NCBI GenBank assembly: GCA_965197585.1
Contig: OZ240215.1
Coordinates: forward strand, 288,001 to 352,000
Reading direction: 5' to 3'
Source: Dehalococcoidia bacterium
GTDB taxonomy: Bacteria; Chloroflexota; Dehalococcoidia; Plut-88900
DNA length: 64,000 bases
How positions within the stretch are numbered: position 1 is the stretch's first letter; each line of letters begins with the position of its first letter. The notes under the pieces are model-generated. The model was not told the origin of the DNA. It made no database searches and was given only the letters and a program-made list of their open reading frames with translations. Made by a program: the position numbers and the translations under genes. Below, piece by piece: positions 9,737-19,748 of this stretch.

Positions 9737-10978
9737 ATGGGCAAGTCTTTTCCAAAAACGGGCTCCAACTGGGACGAGCTAAAAGACCAACTCACCGAGG
9801 CGCGACAAGGAGATATAAACTGGCGCACCGGTAAAATCTCAGGTCTGCTCTATTACGCCGGCGACGATGTTATACAGGTCGCCCACGACGCGTACGCTAT
9901 GTTCTTCAACGAGAACGCAGTCTATCCAAAGGTCTACCCGAGCCTCGCCAAAATGGAGGAAGAGGTTATAGACCTGAGCCTCGGGCTGCTTCACGGCGGA
10001 GAGAACGCTGCCGGCAGCATGACGACGGGAGGCACCGAAAGCATCTTCCTCGCCATAAAGTCCGCCCGAGACTGGGCCCGAGCCAATAGACCTATCGATG
10101 GCGCTCCTGAGATATTGACCTCGCGCACGGCGCATCCTGCGTTTGACCGCGCCGCCGAGCTCCTGGACATGAAAGTCGTAAGGGTAAACCCGGGCCCCGA
10201 CTTCCGCGCTGACGTCGACGCCATGTCCGACGCCATCACCGATAACACCATCATGATGGTCGGCTCAGCCCCGGAGTACCCGCATGGGGTTGTCGACCCC
10301 ATCGGCGACTTGGGAGAACTCGCCCAGTCCAGAGACCTCTGGCTCCACGTGGACTGTTGCATAGGCGGATTTATCGCGCCCTTTGTCAGGAAGCTGGGCT
10401 ATCCCATCCCCGACTTCGATTTCGCCATCCCCGGCGTCAGGTCCATCTCCGCGGATATACACAAGAACGGCTATGCGGCAAAGGGTGCATCCACGGTCCT
10501 CTACAGTGACGCCCAGTACCTGGAATACCAGGGATTCGTCTTCGACCAATGGTCTAAAGGCCTCTACTCGACCCAAACATTCGTCGGCAGCCGACCCGGT
10601 GGGGCCATAGCCTCCGCATGGGCGGTAATGAACTATCTGGGCGAAGAGGGGTATATGCGGATTGCGCAGGAAGTCATCCACATCAGGGAAGCGTTAATGG
10701 ACGGCGTTAATCGCATTGATGGCCTGGAGACATACGGAGACCCGCAGCTGACCATTTTCACCTACGGTTCCAGTGAATTCGATATTTTCGCCGTCGCAGA
10801 CGGCATGTCCGACTCAGGCTGGTACACGAGCCGCATCCAGGAACCCAACGCCATACACATGATGCTGTCCCTAATCCAGAAGCCGGTTGTCGAAGAATAC
10901 ATCAGCGATCTCTCTTACATTGTTAACAAGGTCAAAGAAGGCAAAATCGTGGCGGCTGACACGAAAGTAGCCTACTAG
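9737..10978 (+). CDS. PLP-dependent group II decarboxylase / sphingosine-1-phosphate-lyase-like enzyme
   Basis: TTGGTESI, AHPAF, GSAPEYPHGVVDPI, HVDCCIGGF, SISADIHK (PLP lysine), GSRPGG. Confidence 0.85.
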   Translation: MGKSFPKTGSNWDELKDQLTEARQGDINWRTGKISGLLYYAGDDVIQVAHDAYAMFFNENAVYPKVYPSLAKMEEEVIDLSLGLLHGGENAAGSMTTGGTESIFLAIKSARDWARANRPIDGAPEILTSRTAHPAFDRAAELLDMKVVRVNPGPDFRADVDAMSDAITDNTIMMVGSAPEYPHGVVDPIGDLGELAQSRDLWLHVDCCIGGFIAPFVRKLGYPIPDFDFAIPGVRSISADIHKNGYAAKGASTVLYSDAQYLEYQGFVFDQWSKGLYSTQTFVGSRPGGAIASAWAVMNYLGEEGYMRIAQEVIHIREALMDGVNRIDGLETYGDPQLTIFTYGSSEFDIFAVADGMSDSGWYTSRIQEPNAIHMMLSLIQKPVVEEYISDLSYIVNKVKEGKIVAADTKVAY

Positions 10979-11364
10979 CGCCATCGCCCGTAGATAGGTC
11001 TGGTGCAGAAAAAGTGCCTGAAGCCTAAGCCCTAGCCTAGCTGCACGGCCCTCCGACCCAAATCCCGGCTGCGTACTGAGTTACTTTAGGAAGTCGGGGC
11101 CTGTTTATGGGCCCGCTTTCTCGCTGCCTCTGATACGTTCGCGAAGCGGGCCGGGCCGCCGACACTGCCCGCAAGCATCTCAGCTGCCATCCTCTCTCAG
11201 TTGTTCTTGCCCACTCAAGAGCAGACCAAAATTAACCCCTCACCCGGTCACGAGGTGATGCGTCTCCACTACGCAATGTCTAGCCGCGCGCCCTTATGCC
11301 AAACCAGACATGAGTGCAGGGTAGTCTCGGAAAGGTTGGGCTAGCTTCAATAGGAAGGGGTTCT

Positions 11365-11418
11365 GGTAGACCAAGCGGTACTGTAGACAGAACTTTTCAG
11401 TGGGTAGTGCCACTTTAG
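11365..11418 (+). repeat. Serine-recombinase att-like arm, copy A (reads GRPSGTVDRTFQWVVPL*)
   Basis: GGTAGACC-N7-ACTGTAGACAGAACTTTT; 54 nt ending in a stop, collinear with the copies at 36094, 38706 and 41640. Confidence 0.65.
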
Positions 11419-11452
11419 GAAGTGCAGTCGTAAAGGGCGAGGAAATTTTCAC

Positions 11453-11528
11453 GGTTCAAATCCGGCTAGGTGACCCCGACCGTATAAAAGGCAGAACCTT
11501 TACGATGAATTTTGGATTGGCACTTTGA
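11453..11528 (+). repeat. Serine-recombinase att-like junction, copy E (reads GDPDRIKGRTFTMNFGLAL*)
   Basis: GGTTCAAATCC lies 16 nt before GGTGACCC, the same spacing as GGTTCGAGTCC/GGTGGGCC at 11555/11571; followed by GGCAGAACCTTT. Confidence 0.6.
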
Positions 11529-13156
11529 GGAACAGTGCCAGTAGGTCGCTGCTTGGTTCGAGTCCAGTTAGGTGGGCCTGGCTTGACGGTAGACAGAACT
11601 CCGCCGTTCAGGGCCATGTCCTCGGTTCTCTTCCCCGGTATGGGGCTGTCGTCCGGCATGGGCACCGTATACCGGACGACAGCCTTGCCGGGCATGACGA
11701 CGATCTCCTTGACGAAGGTCTCGATGAAGGCCCTGCGCTCGGTCAGCTCGCTGTCCTTCAGGAACTCGCTCATGTCCTGGGCGTAGGTAGTGATGGTCTC
11801 CACGTCGTCCAGGACCTCCCTGCGCTGGGAGAGAATCGCCCTTGCCTCTTCCGCCGAAGCCTCAAGACGCCGCTGCCGCTCCCGGTGCTCTTTGATGCGG
11901 TCTGAGGCGTCGGCCATGTCGGTGTCGGTGGTCTCCACCAAGTGCCAGATGCGGCCCAGCTTGCGCTTCACGTCCTCAAGCTCATCCTCGATGGTCTCCA
12001 GCCGCTTGCGCTGCTCGGCGGCAACGCCGTCCATCCGTTCGTCCACCACCTTTACCAGGGCGCGGATGTTGCCGTCGGTGAGGATGTTGGAGCGAATGTT
12101 GCCGACGATCATCTCCTCGAATCGCCGGGCGTTGATCCTCGGCGAATCGCAGGCTTCCTTGCCGCGCTTCATGATGGACTGGCAGACGTAGTAGGAGAAC
12201 TGGCCGCTCTTGGCCTCCTGCCCGCTGAACGCCCGGTCGCACTCCTTGCACTTGACCAGACCGCTGAGCAGGTAGGTGCTCCCGACGCGGCGGGGGTGAG
12301 TCCTCTTGGGCGCCCTTGAGCGCATCAGCCGTTTCACGCGGCGGAATTGGGCCTTGGAGACGATGCTGGGGAACGCCTTCTCGACGCGCACCGGGTCGGC
12401 CTTGTCCTTGGCGTTCGTGCCCCAGACCAGAGCGCCTGTGTAGGCTTCGTTTCTGAGTAGGAGATGGACGCCGTTCTTGGACCAGAGCTTTCCTGCGGGG
12501 CTGGCGATGCCCTCGTCGTTGAGGGCGCGGGCGATGTCCAGCATCCCCCTACCGGCCTCGGCCATGTCAAAGGCGCTCTTGACGACACGGGCCGCATCCT
12601 CGTCGGGTTCCAGGGTGGGGCGCTTCTTGGGTCCGTCCTGGACGTAGACCTTGCGGAAGCCGTAGGGCACCCTGCTGGCGACCCAGAAGCCGCGAGACGC
12701 CGCCTCGCGCATCCCCCGCGTGACCTCCTGGGCCAAATTTTCGCTGTAGAATTCGTCCACGCTCTCGATGATGCCCTCAAGCAACCTGCCGGTGGCGGTG
12801 TCCTCGGCTTGCTCGGTTATGGAGACGACGCGGACGCCCTTGCGCCTGAGCATGGACTTGAAGGCGACGGCGTGCTCTCGCTTGCGTGTGAACCGGCTGA
12901 ATTTCCAGACCAAAATCTCCTGAAAGGGAGCATTGGGCTTGGCGGCCTCGTCGATCATCTTGCGGAACTCGGGGCGGTCGGCGATGCGCCCGCTCTCGGC
13001 CTCGTCCACGTACTCGCGGGCGACGATGTAGCCGTTCTTCTCGGCGTAGTCCCTCAGCGCCCTGAGCTGGGCGGAGACGGAGAGGTCCACGTCCTGGCGG
13101 TCGCTGGACACCCTGGCGTAGAGCGCTGCGGGGGTGTAGTCGGTCTTATCATTCAT
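11456..13156 (-). CDS. Large serine recombinase (resolvase + recombinase + zinc-ribbon/coiled-coil domains)
   Basis: ALYARVSSDRQ catalytic motif, EYVDEAESG..DRPEF, SRFTR, PYGF, YLLSGLVKCKEC, YYVC...C. AAGGAGG RBS before ATG 13156. Confidence 0.95.
   Translation of the reverse strand: MNDKTDYTPAALYARVSSDRQDVDLSVSAQLRALRDYAEKNGYIVAREYVDEAESGRIADRPEFRKMIDEAAKPNAPFQEILVWKFSRFTRKREHAVAFKSMLRRKGVRVVSITEQAEDTATGRLLEGIIESVDEFYSENLAQEVTRGMREAASRGFWVASRVPYGFRKVYVQDGPKKRPTLEPDEDAARVVKSAFDMAEAGRGMLDIARALNDEGIASPAGKLWSKNGVHLLLRNEAYTGALVWGTNAKDKADPVRVEKAFPSIVSKAQFRRVKRLMRSRAPKRTHPRRVGSTYLLSGLVKCKECDRAFSGQEAKSGQFSYYVCQSIMKRGKEACDSPRINARRFEEMIVGNIRSNILTDGNIRALVKVVDERMDGVAAEQRKRLETIEDELEDVKRKLGRIWHLVETTDTDMADASDRIKEHRERQRRLEASAEEARAILSQRREVLDDVETITTYAQDMSEFLKDSELTERRAFIETFVKEIVVMPGKAVVRYTVPMPDDSPIPGKRTEDMALNGGVLSTVKPGPPNWTRTKQRPTGTVPQSANPKFIVKVLPFIRSGSPSRI
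11555..11599 (+). repeat. Left att junction of the integrative element, inside the 3' end of the integrase
   Basis: GGTTCGAGTCCAGTTA-GGTGGGCC-TGGCTTGACGGTAGACAGAAC; the right arm is a 17/18 inverted match to 36073-36090. Confidence 0.8.
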
Positions 13157-13173
13157 GGGTGCGTCCTCCTTGC

Positions 13174-13371
13174 TCATTCCTGGTCGTTCCTGCGGGCCTC
13201 GGCCCGTTGGCGGCGCTCCTGCCGCAGCCACTCCCGCTCCTCCATGTACAGCCGGATGGCCTCGCGGAGGAACTCGCTCATGGTGCGGTCATCCTCCTTG
13301 AGCATCTGCTGCACCTGCTCCGCCAACTCCGGGGGCATGGAGAAGCTGATGACCTTCGTGGTCCTGGGCAT
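13174..13371 (-). CDS. CopG/ribbon-helix-helix regulator
   Basis: KVISFSMPPEL...RTMSEFLREAIRLY; immediately upstream of the integrase. Confidence 0.8.
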   Translation of the reverse strand: MPRTTKVISFSMPPELAEQVQQMLKEDDRTMSEFLREAIRLYMEEREWLRQERRQRAEARRNDQE

Positions 13372-13409
13372 ATTTTTTACCCTTTGCAGTAATACCTAGT
13401 CATACTCTT

Positions 13410-13439
13410 ATCATGAACGAACCGGGCCGCCGTTGTCAA
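13410..13439 (-). promoter_or_regulatory. Putative sigma70 promoter for the RHH-integrase operon
   Basis: TTGACA-N18-CATGAT on the minus strand, about 40 nt before the RHH start. Confidence 0.35.
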
Positions 13440-13597
13440 GGGGGGACAGCATGAAGAACGGGGGCAGCTCGGGCGGGAGCTTGGGAGCAGCCTCGGTCGT
13501 TCCGCCAGGTTCCGTGGGGAGTCCGCCCTCCGGCGTCTCCCCTCCGCGTTTCGTGATTCGTTCAAGCAGCTTCTTCAATTCGCTCGTTTCCTTTTCT

Positions 13598-13897
13598 CTA
13601 GGGGGTTGGGAAGTCCACGAGGCCGCTGCTGAGCAGCGCGGCCACGCCCTTGGCCGACAGGGCCAGAACCAGCCCGACCACCGCCATGACGACGGCGGTC
13701 TTGGCCTTGCCCCCGCCCCGCTCCTCGCCCCCCTCGGCCATCAGGATGAAGCCGGCCCAGACGATGGCGAAGAGGCAGAGGCCGGCGGCGGCGTAGACCA
13801 TCGCCGTGAGCACGCGGTCGAACTGGCGGAGCATCTCCTGCTCCTCCGGCGGGGCCGCGCCGGTGGTCGCCAGCGCAGCCCCGGCCAGAATCGTCAT
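13598..13897 (-). CDS. TrbC/VirB2-like pilin
   Basis: C-terminal 99 aa of the 13598..14671 frame: two hydrophobic helices separated by GGEERGGGKAK. Confidence 0.6.
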   Translation of the reverse strand: MTILAGAALATTGAAPPEEQEMLRQFDRVLTAMVYAAAGLCLFAIVWAGFILMAEGGEERGGGKAKTAVVMAVVGLVLALSAKGVAALLSSGLVDFPTP

Positions 13898-13911
13898 TGC
13901 CAATACCCGCC

Positions 13912-15642
13912 TCACCAGGGCCACTCCCATCCCAGCAGGTCGAACCACTGGCGCAGGCCGTCTGCGGGCTCCTGCTCGGCAGGCGGGTCCTCCGGCTCCG
14001 GCTGGGGCAGGACCAGCGCCTCGAAGGGGTCGTCGCTGCCGACGCCGGACGACGCAAGGGCGAGGGACTCGTCCCTGCTCCCCGTGACGGCCGCCCGCTC
14101 CACCACCTCGGCCTTCACGTGCTCGGGGTGGACGATGGTGAGCGTGACCTGCTTGTCGATCGTCCTGGCCGGCACGTATGCGTAGGCGTAGGCGGAGACG
14201 GTGTGTTCCGTCGTGGTGCCGTCGTCGTGGGTGACGGTGATGGTGTCGCTGTCGCTGTCGGAGTCGCTGGCCCCCGGGCGGTACAGGCTCACCGTCTCGG
14301 TGCGCTCCTCCGTCCGCTCCGGGTGGTGGGTGAGCACGGTCAACGGGGGGATGGGTATGCTGAGGCTCGCCTCCAGGCTCACGTCCACGCTCACGGCGTG
14401 AATCGCCTGACCATTCCCGATGGGCAGCCGGAAGCGGGTCTCGCCGTCGGGGATGAAGGCGACGCTTGTGCTCGACGCTCCCGTCGAGGCGGTGACGGTT
14501 CCAGTGACCGCCGTCACCTGGGCGTCCATCAGGGACGTCTGGGTGACGCTCTCGTGCCCGGCCACCGTCTGGAGCTCGACCGGGTGCTCGATGGACGTGA
14601 CGCACTCGGCCGTGATGACGCCGCTGACTGCTCCCGGCGTCCAGCCCAGGGACGAGAGCCTGACGTCGCAAAGCTCCCCGTCGATTTCAGGGAGCGGGTA
14701 CGGGATCTGGTCATGCTCGACGGTCAGCGCCCCGGCCTGGCCGAGGGTGTCCTCCCAGGACACCGTGAAGGACGGCGCGGGTCCGTGCAGGGGGAGGGAG
14801 TAGTCGATGCGCTCCCCCTCGGCGAGCGTTGCCGAGCCCCAGAAGCGCAGCCACGTTCCCTGCGGCCCGCCGAATGCCCGCACCCGGATGTCCAGGGCGG
14901 TGGCGGCCCGAAGGGTGACGGCGGCACGGTCGCCGGAGACGGTGAGCCCCTCGACGAATATCCGGCGTCCCTCCACAGGCTCGGTCAACTCGAAGTCGAT
15001 CTCGTCCCGCCAGGGCTCGTGGTCGTCGGCCAGGGCAGACTCCGGGACGGCCACGACCGCCGCCATGAGGACGGCCAGGGCCACGACCGGAATCCAGCCC
15101 ATGCGGGGCTTCCTGCGTCTGCTCTGCAAGGTCTCGGCTTTATGCCCTTGTCCGCGCCCGTTCCCGGCGTCCTTGTTCCTGCGCTTGCCGAACCAGCGCA
15201 TCCGCCCGTTGCGGCGCTCCTTGTTCTTGCGGGTCTTCCTGTTCTTGCGCAGCCTCGCCAGGGCGCGTCCGGCGCGTTTCGCCATCAGGCTCAGCGGGCA
15301 GGGGCCGCTCCTGACCGGCTGCGGGGGCGCGGGCGGCTCGCTCCTCACCAGCTGGGAGACCGGCCCTGCGTAGAGCCGCGCCCCCAGCCGGTACTTCAGC
15401 AGGTCGGCGGCCACCAACGGCAGCCGCCGACCGCCAATCTTCCCGACGACCATGACGATGCCGACCAGTCCGAAGAGGACGGCCAGGGCCATCCGCACCT
15501 CGGACGGGCCGACCGGGGCGTAGCGGTATGCGCCGTAGGACAGGGCGCACACCGCCGTCACCGCCACGACCTGCGGGAAGGTGAATCCCAGCAGCACCCG
15601 GTCCTCGGCCTGAACGTGAGTCGGTACCTCGTGTTCTCTCAT
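13912..15642 (-). CDS. PrgI-like membrane protein with large extracytoplasmic beta-rich domain
   Basis: N-terminus HEVPTHVQAEDRVLLGFTFPQV followed by two TM segments resembles PrgI; conjugation-gene context. Confidence 0.6.
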   Translation of the reverse strand: MREHEVPTHVQAEDRVLLGFTFPQVVAVTAVCALSYGAYRYAPVGPSEVRMALAVLFGLVGIVMVVGKIGGRRLPLVAADLLKYRLGARLYAGPVSQLVRSEPPAPPQPVRSGPCPLSLMAKRAGRALARLRKNRKTRKNKERRNGRMRWFGKRRNKDAGNGRGQGHKAETLQSRRRKPRMGWIPVVALAVLMAAVVAVPESALADDHEPWRDEIDFELTEPVEGRRIFVEGLTVSGDRAAVTLRAATALDIRVRAFGGPQGTWLRFWGSATLAEGERIDYSLPLHGPAPSFTVSWEDTLGQAGALTVEHDQIPYPLPEIDGELCDVRLSSLGWTPGAVSGVITAECVTSIEHPVELQTVAGHESVTQTSLMDAQVTAVTGTVTASTGASSTSVAFIPDGETRFRLPIGNGQAIHAVSVDVSLEASLSIPIPPLTVLTHHPERTEERTETVSLYRPGASDSDSDSDTITVTHDDGTTTEHTVSAYAYAYVPARTIDKQVTLTIVHPEHVKAEVVERAAVTGSRDESLALASSGVGSDDPFEALVLPQPEPEDPPAEQEPADGLRQWFDLLGWEWPW

Positions 15643-15671
15643 GTCTTTCTTTCCTCCCTTCTCACGCCGGC

Positions 15672-15980
15672 CTAGCCGGTGGGGGTGCTGCTGGTGCCGC
15701 CGCCGGGGGCTTCCGGCTCGGGCAGCACGTCGTCGATGTCGATTCCGGGGTCCACCACGGCGTTCATCACCAGCTCCACGACGCCGTAGGCGACCAGGGC
15801 CAGGACGATGCCCGCCAGGGCGGTCATCATTGCGCTCTTGCCGCGCTCCATCTGGTGGGGCGCTCCGCTGGCCGTCAGGTACAAGTACGCGCCGTAGATG
15901 AAGAATCCGACGCCCACCGCGCCGACGATCCCCAGCAGGATGCCCACCAGGTTCGATATGGTCTGTGTAAGGTCTTCCAT
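15672..15980 (-). CDS. TrbC/VirB2-like pilin
   Basis: MEDLTQTISNL...FFIYGAYLYLTASG..QMERGKSAM..ALAGIVLAL; AGGAG RBS upstream. Confidence 0.75.
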   Translation of the reverse strand: MEDLTQTISNLVGILLGIVGAVGVGFFIYGAYLYLTASGAPHQMERGKSAMMTALAGIVLALVAYGVVELVMNAVVDPGIDIDDVLPEPEAPGGGTSSTPTG

Positions 15981-16129
15981 TCCTTGCTCCTCTCTGTTAT
16001 CGAGCGTTCCGCTCGTCTCTATCGGTCGAAGTCCGTAAGCTCCGTTAGCTGCACATCTCTCCGCCTCCGTCGTGGTATTGGTCGGCGCTCTGTCGTCCGC
16101 GCCTGTGTGATTTCGTTGTCTCGGTCGGG

Positions 16130-17104
16130 CTACTCCCCGCTGCTCCTGGGCGCTCCGCCGCCGTCTCCCCCTGCCGATGGGGTCGCCATCGAGGCCGCCG
16201 AGCTCAGGCCGCTGGCTGCCGCCGACACCCCCGCGCTGGCCGCAATCGCTCCGACGGCCATGCCGCCCGGCCCTCCCGCCGCCCCGCTCATAAGCCCGAT
16301 GGTCCGGGCCGAGCGCATCAGCGACGACGGCAGGTTCATGCCGAAATAGAGCATCGAGAGCCAGGAGTCGAAGGTCCCGGCGTTGCCCATCATTGAGGGC
16401 ACCCGGGTCGCCATGTAGACGAAGGCCAACGACATGAGCAGCTTCCAGATCAGGTCCTGCACCGGCTCGAAGGCGGCGACCGACGCGAACTCGTTGAGGA
16501 AGCCGATTCCCAGGGCCAGGGCGATGAGCTGCACCGCCTGCTGGAACACCGTCGTCATGAACAGCCGCAGCCAGTGCCGTCCCCAGCCCGCCGTGTGGGG
16601 CAATATCCACAGCCCCAGCGCAATCGGGGCCAGGGCCAGCAGGATGTCTATGAGGGCCAGGCGCAGCACCATCTGCACGATCACGTAGAGGACGAAGAAG
16701 CCGTAGACCAGGTAGAGCAGGGCCAGGAGTTGCGCCATGCCCACGCTCCCGGCCTGGACGGCTCTGAGGAACGTGTCGAGGGGAGCCCTGAGCAGGTCTC
16801 CGGGGGTGACGCCCAGGGAGACGGCTATGAAGCCGGACACGGCGTCGGCCACGTCGAGGACCAGGGCGCACCACCACAGGGAAGACGCGGCGGCCACGAG
16901 GCCGAGCACGAGGCGGGGCACCATCTCCCGCCAGCCCGTCTGCTGGCGTCCAAGGTGCTCGCTCACGATGAAGCTCAGGCCCATCCAGCCGAGGATGACC
17001 ACCAGGGCGCCGGTTGTTATGGCCCAGACGACCATCCACGCCTGGCGGACCAGCTCGTGGGCGTAGGTGAGGTCGGGAGGGGTGCCGGTGAGGATGTCGC
17101 TCAT
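16130..17104 (-). CDS. TrbL/VirB6-like conjugal transfer membrane protein
   Basis: Multiple TM helices, LRLALIDILLALAPIAL..WILP.T..W...W motif, Gly/Ala-rich tail. Confidence 0.75.
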   Translation of the reverse strand: MSDILTGTPPDLTYAHELVRQAWMVVWAITTGALVVILGWMGLSFIVSEHLGRQQTGWREMVPRLVLGLVAAASSLWWCALVLDVADAVSGFIAVSLGVTPGDLLRAPLDTFLRAVQAGSVGMAQLLALLYLVYGFFVLYVIVQMVLRLALIDILLALAPIALGLWILPHTAGWGRHWLRLFMTTVFQQAVQLIALALGIGFLNEFASVAAFEPVQDLIWKLLMSLAFVYMATRVPSMMGNAGTFDSWLSMLYFGMNLPSSLMRSARTIGLMSGAAGGPGGMAVGAIAASAGVSAAASGLSSAASMATPSAGGDGGGAPRSSGE

Positions 17105-17107
17105 CGG

Positions 17108-17722
17108 CTACCCGCCCCCGCAGTTGTCGGCGTCCTCGCCGGACGCTCTTTCAACGACGCCGCAGAGGGTGCCGTGGACTCCCTCGACCACCCAGCCGGC
17201 GAAGGCCCTCGCCCAGCGCGCCGGGTTGAGGGCGGAGAGGATCTTGTCCCAGATGCGGCCCGGCTCGTGGAAGGGAATGACGCTGTAGAACTCGCCCCGC
17301 TTGCCGTCCTCGGCGACGGCCAGCATCACCAACAGGTACGCCCTGTCGCGGTCGAGGTCGGGCTGCTCGTCCAGGTCGGGGTACTCCCACGAGTACTCCC
17401 AGCCGTCGCTGCGCTCCTTCTCGCCCCCCTTGACCCGGTACATGGCGCTTATCCAGTCGCCGGTGTCGGCGTCGCGGACGGCGTAGAAGAGGTCCGCGAT
17501 CTCGCGGTCGAAGACGGGCCGGGCGACGAACTCGCCGCCCTTCTTGCGCTCGACGAACTCCCGGTCGGCGTTGACGAGGGTTATCTCGTCGCCGGGCGGG
17601 GTCTGGGCCAGGGCGATGTTGCTTGCGGGGATCGCCAGGAGCGCCGCCAATAGCAGCGCGGATGCCAGGGGAATAAACCGACTGAAAGACCGGAGTTTCG
17701 ATTTCAGCGCCAAGATGTTCAC
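17108..17722 (-). CDS. Secreted hypothetical protein, first gene of the conjugation-like operon
   Basis: Signal-peptide-like N-terminus ending ALAQ; abuts the VirB6-like gene. Confidence 0.6.
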   Translation of the reverse strand: MNILALKSKLRSFSRFIPLASALLLAALLAIPASNIALAQTPPGDEITLVNADREFVERKKGGEFVARPVFDREIADLFYAVRDADTGDWISAMYRVKGGEKERSDGWEYSWEYPDLDEQPDLDRDRAYLLVMLAVAEDGKRGEFYSVIPFHEPGRIWDKILSALNPARWARAFAGWVVEGVHGTLCGVVERASGEDADNCGGG

Positions 17723-18159
17723 CTCCCTGCCTATTGCCGCGAATCAGCGATTCGCCGCTGTCCCGAAAGAGTGTGGACAACCGGGACGCCCTGCATAACT
17801 ACTTGAAGGGGTACTCATATGAGCGCCCCTATAGGCCCTTGGTTTGGACACCCCTTCCGTGATGTCATTGGGGTGTACAGAGAAAGGACTTTGGCGACAA
17901 TTTGTCGTGGGTCGTGGTTTCGTAGCTAAAACAGGGGGAAATCCCCCCCTACAGGACGTAAAAAGTGAACACTTTGTCGTAAGGGCACGTTCCGCCCGCA
18001 GGGTGCAAAACGGGCCATAGTGGTGAACAAATCGCAGCCAGGAAAATCGGCGAAATCGAGCAAAACCACCCACACTGGTTGACAAGACGCAGCCCGTGGA
18101 AATTGGGGCCGGCGTCTGGGGCCGGGCCGGGGTCGAAAGTCTGGAATGGAGGCGTGTCG

Positions 18160-18993
18160 ATGGAAGCGAGGAAGCCGGTCTTCGGCAAGAGCAACAGCGT
18201 GGAGGACATGCAGCACGTGCGGCTCATGGCGCTGCTGCAAGAGCTGGAACGGGAGCACGGGCGCAAGGGAGCGGCGGCGGTCCTGGGGCTCGACCACCGG
18301 ACGCTGGGCGCCAGCCTGGACGAGGGCGTGCTGTCCCGGCGGGTCCGGGGCGCGTTGGAGCGGGCGTTGCAGGAGGGCATCGGCTCCGCCGCCGACCGGC
18401 AGCGGGAGCGCAACGACGGTCTGGAGAAGCGGTTGGAGGAGCTGGAGGGCGTCGTCGAGGCGCAGGGGAAGGAGATGCGGGTGGGACGCAGGGCGTTGGA
18501 GGACGCAATGCGGGCCGGGCGGGAGGAGCAGGCCAGGGCGCTCAGGGAGTTGGAGACAAGGCTGGCGCAGCCCCAGGCCGACGGGTCAGCCCGGGGAGAA
18601 GCGGCGACGCCCAGGCCCGGCCAGCCCAGGGGGAGGGTCACGCTCAGGCGGGAGTTCCCCGATCTCGTGACCCGCGAGCCCGCCGAGGACGACGAGGAGG
18701 TGTTCGCCGACGCCTGGGCGCTGATCGTCGAGTGGCGGGAGCTGAAGGCCGCGCACCCCAGCCGGGGCAGGGGTCCGTCGTGGCTTGCGACCCAGGAGCG
18801 GCTGCTGACGGTGGAGCTGACGCTGCTGGAAGAGCACGGGATGACGCTGCCCCCGGAGACGTACCCGCTGCGGGGCTTCGCACGGGACGGGCAGACCGGC
18901 TGGCGAAGGACCGCGCTCTACGACACGCGTAGAGCGCGGGCAAGGTGGGAGCTTCTCCGGCGCGTGCTCACCCTGTGGCTCTGGCGGAAGTAG
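18160..18993 (+). CDS. Hypothetical protein with N-terminal HTH-like segment and coiled coil
   Basis: GGAGG RBS before ATG 18160; GRKGAAAVLGLDHRTL HTH-like motif; heptad-rich middle. Confidence 0.6.
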   Translation: MEARKPVFGKSNSVEDMQHVRLMALLQELEREHGRKGAAAVLGLDHRTLGASLDEGVLSRRVRGALERALQEGIGSAADRQRERNDGLEKRLEELEGVVEAQGKEMRVGRRALEDAMRAGREEQARALRELETRLAQPQADGSARGEAATPRPGQPRGRVTLRREFPDLVTREPAEDDEEVFADAWALIVEWRELKAAHPSRGRGPSWLATQERLLTVELTLLEEHGMTLPPETYPLRGFARDGQTGWRRTALYDTRRARARWELLRRVLTLWLWRK

Positions 18994-19299
18994 CAGGCTC
19001 CGAGTGCGGGGAGTCGCGGTCAACTTTTGTGAACACTTTGGCCGCAATCTGCGGAAGGGGGCCTGCAGGCCCTCTCATCGCGGTGGCGGGCCGGGTGATA
19101 ATGACTGCGCTGTTTGGCTTTCTCCAAGGTTTCCGACCATAGAAACCTGGGTGCGTGGTCCCTGTTGCACGGGCATGACCGGAGGATGATTCGCTCTCCC
19201 CCGGTCGCCCACGAGGGAATGCTGCCGAAGCGGAGTTGACGCTGGTCCTTCGCAGGCAGCGCGGGCCGAAACGACGGAGTTGGCTTAGCCCTTCGTCCT

Positions 19300-19415
19300 C
19301 GGTCCAGTCCGGCGGTTGGAGTGATAAGCCCTTCGCCCGTTGGACACCCGTCCGGTGGTTGGGAGTTGATCGCTTCCGTCGCTGGACACCGGTCTGGCGT
19401 TGGGAGTCGATCGCT
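19300..19415 (+). repeat. Degenerate ~41-bp tandem repeats
   Basis: CGTTGGACACCCGTCCGGTGGTTGGGAGTTGATCGCT (19338-19374) and CGCTGGACACCGGTCTGGCGTTGGGAGTCGATCGCT (19380-19415), with a weaker copy at 19300-19332. Confidence 0.55.
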
Positions 19416-19748
19416 CTCGCCGTTGGATTGCCGGGACGGAGCGCGCCCCTTGCGCCTCGTCTTCACTTGGTCGGTCGGAGTGCGCCTGCCTGTTGCAGAC
19501 AGGTTTGTCACCCCGGCTGGCTCCTCATGCTCTGCGGCATGGCTGACACGCAGCCGGGCCGCAGCTTCGACATGCGCCGGTCTGCCGATGAAAGCAGGCT
19601 GGCCGCTTCCCGTCTCGCAGCTTCCCCACTGACGGTATCCACCCTGGGCAAGCTGCGCCTTTCTCCCATGCGCTGGCCTCCGATGAAGTCGTAGAACAGC
19701 CGCTTCCCCCATAGCAGTTCCCCCGGAGTCGATTCCCCGACGAATCAC

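Noticed and set aside
11365-11578. Invertible 210-bp segment that would give the integrase the copy A tail
   Set aside because: Predicted central dinucleotides are incompatible (CC on the integrase strand vs AG); the 36073 site is a much better partner.
11490-11580. tRNA gene suggested by GGTTCGAGTCC (and GGTTCAAATCC at 11453)
   Set aside because: No D-arm, anticodon arm, acceptor stem or CCA end can be folded; better read as T-loop-like att arms.
11365-11600. CRISPR array suggested by the ~103-bp periodicity
   Set aside because: Units are highly divergent, the period is too long and no cas genes are present.
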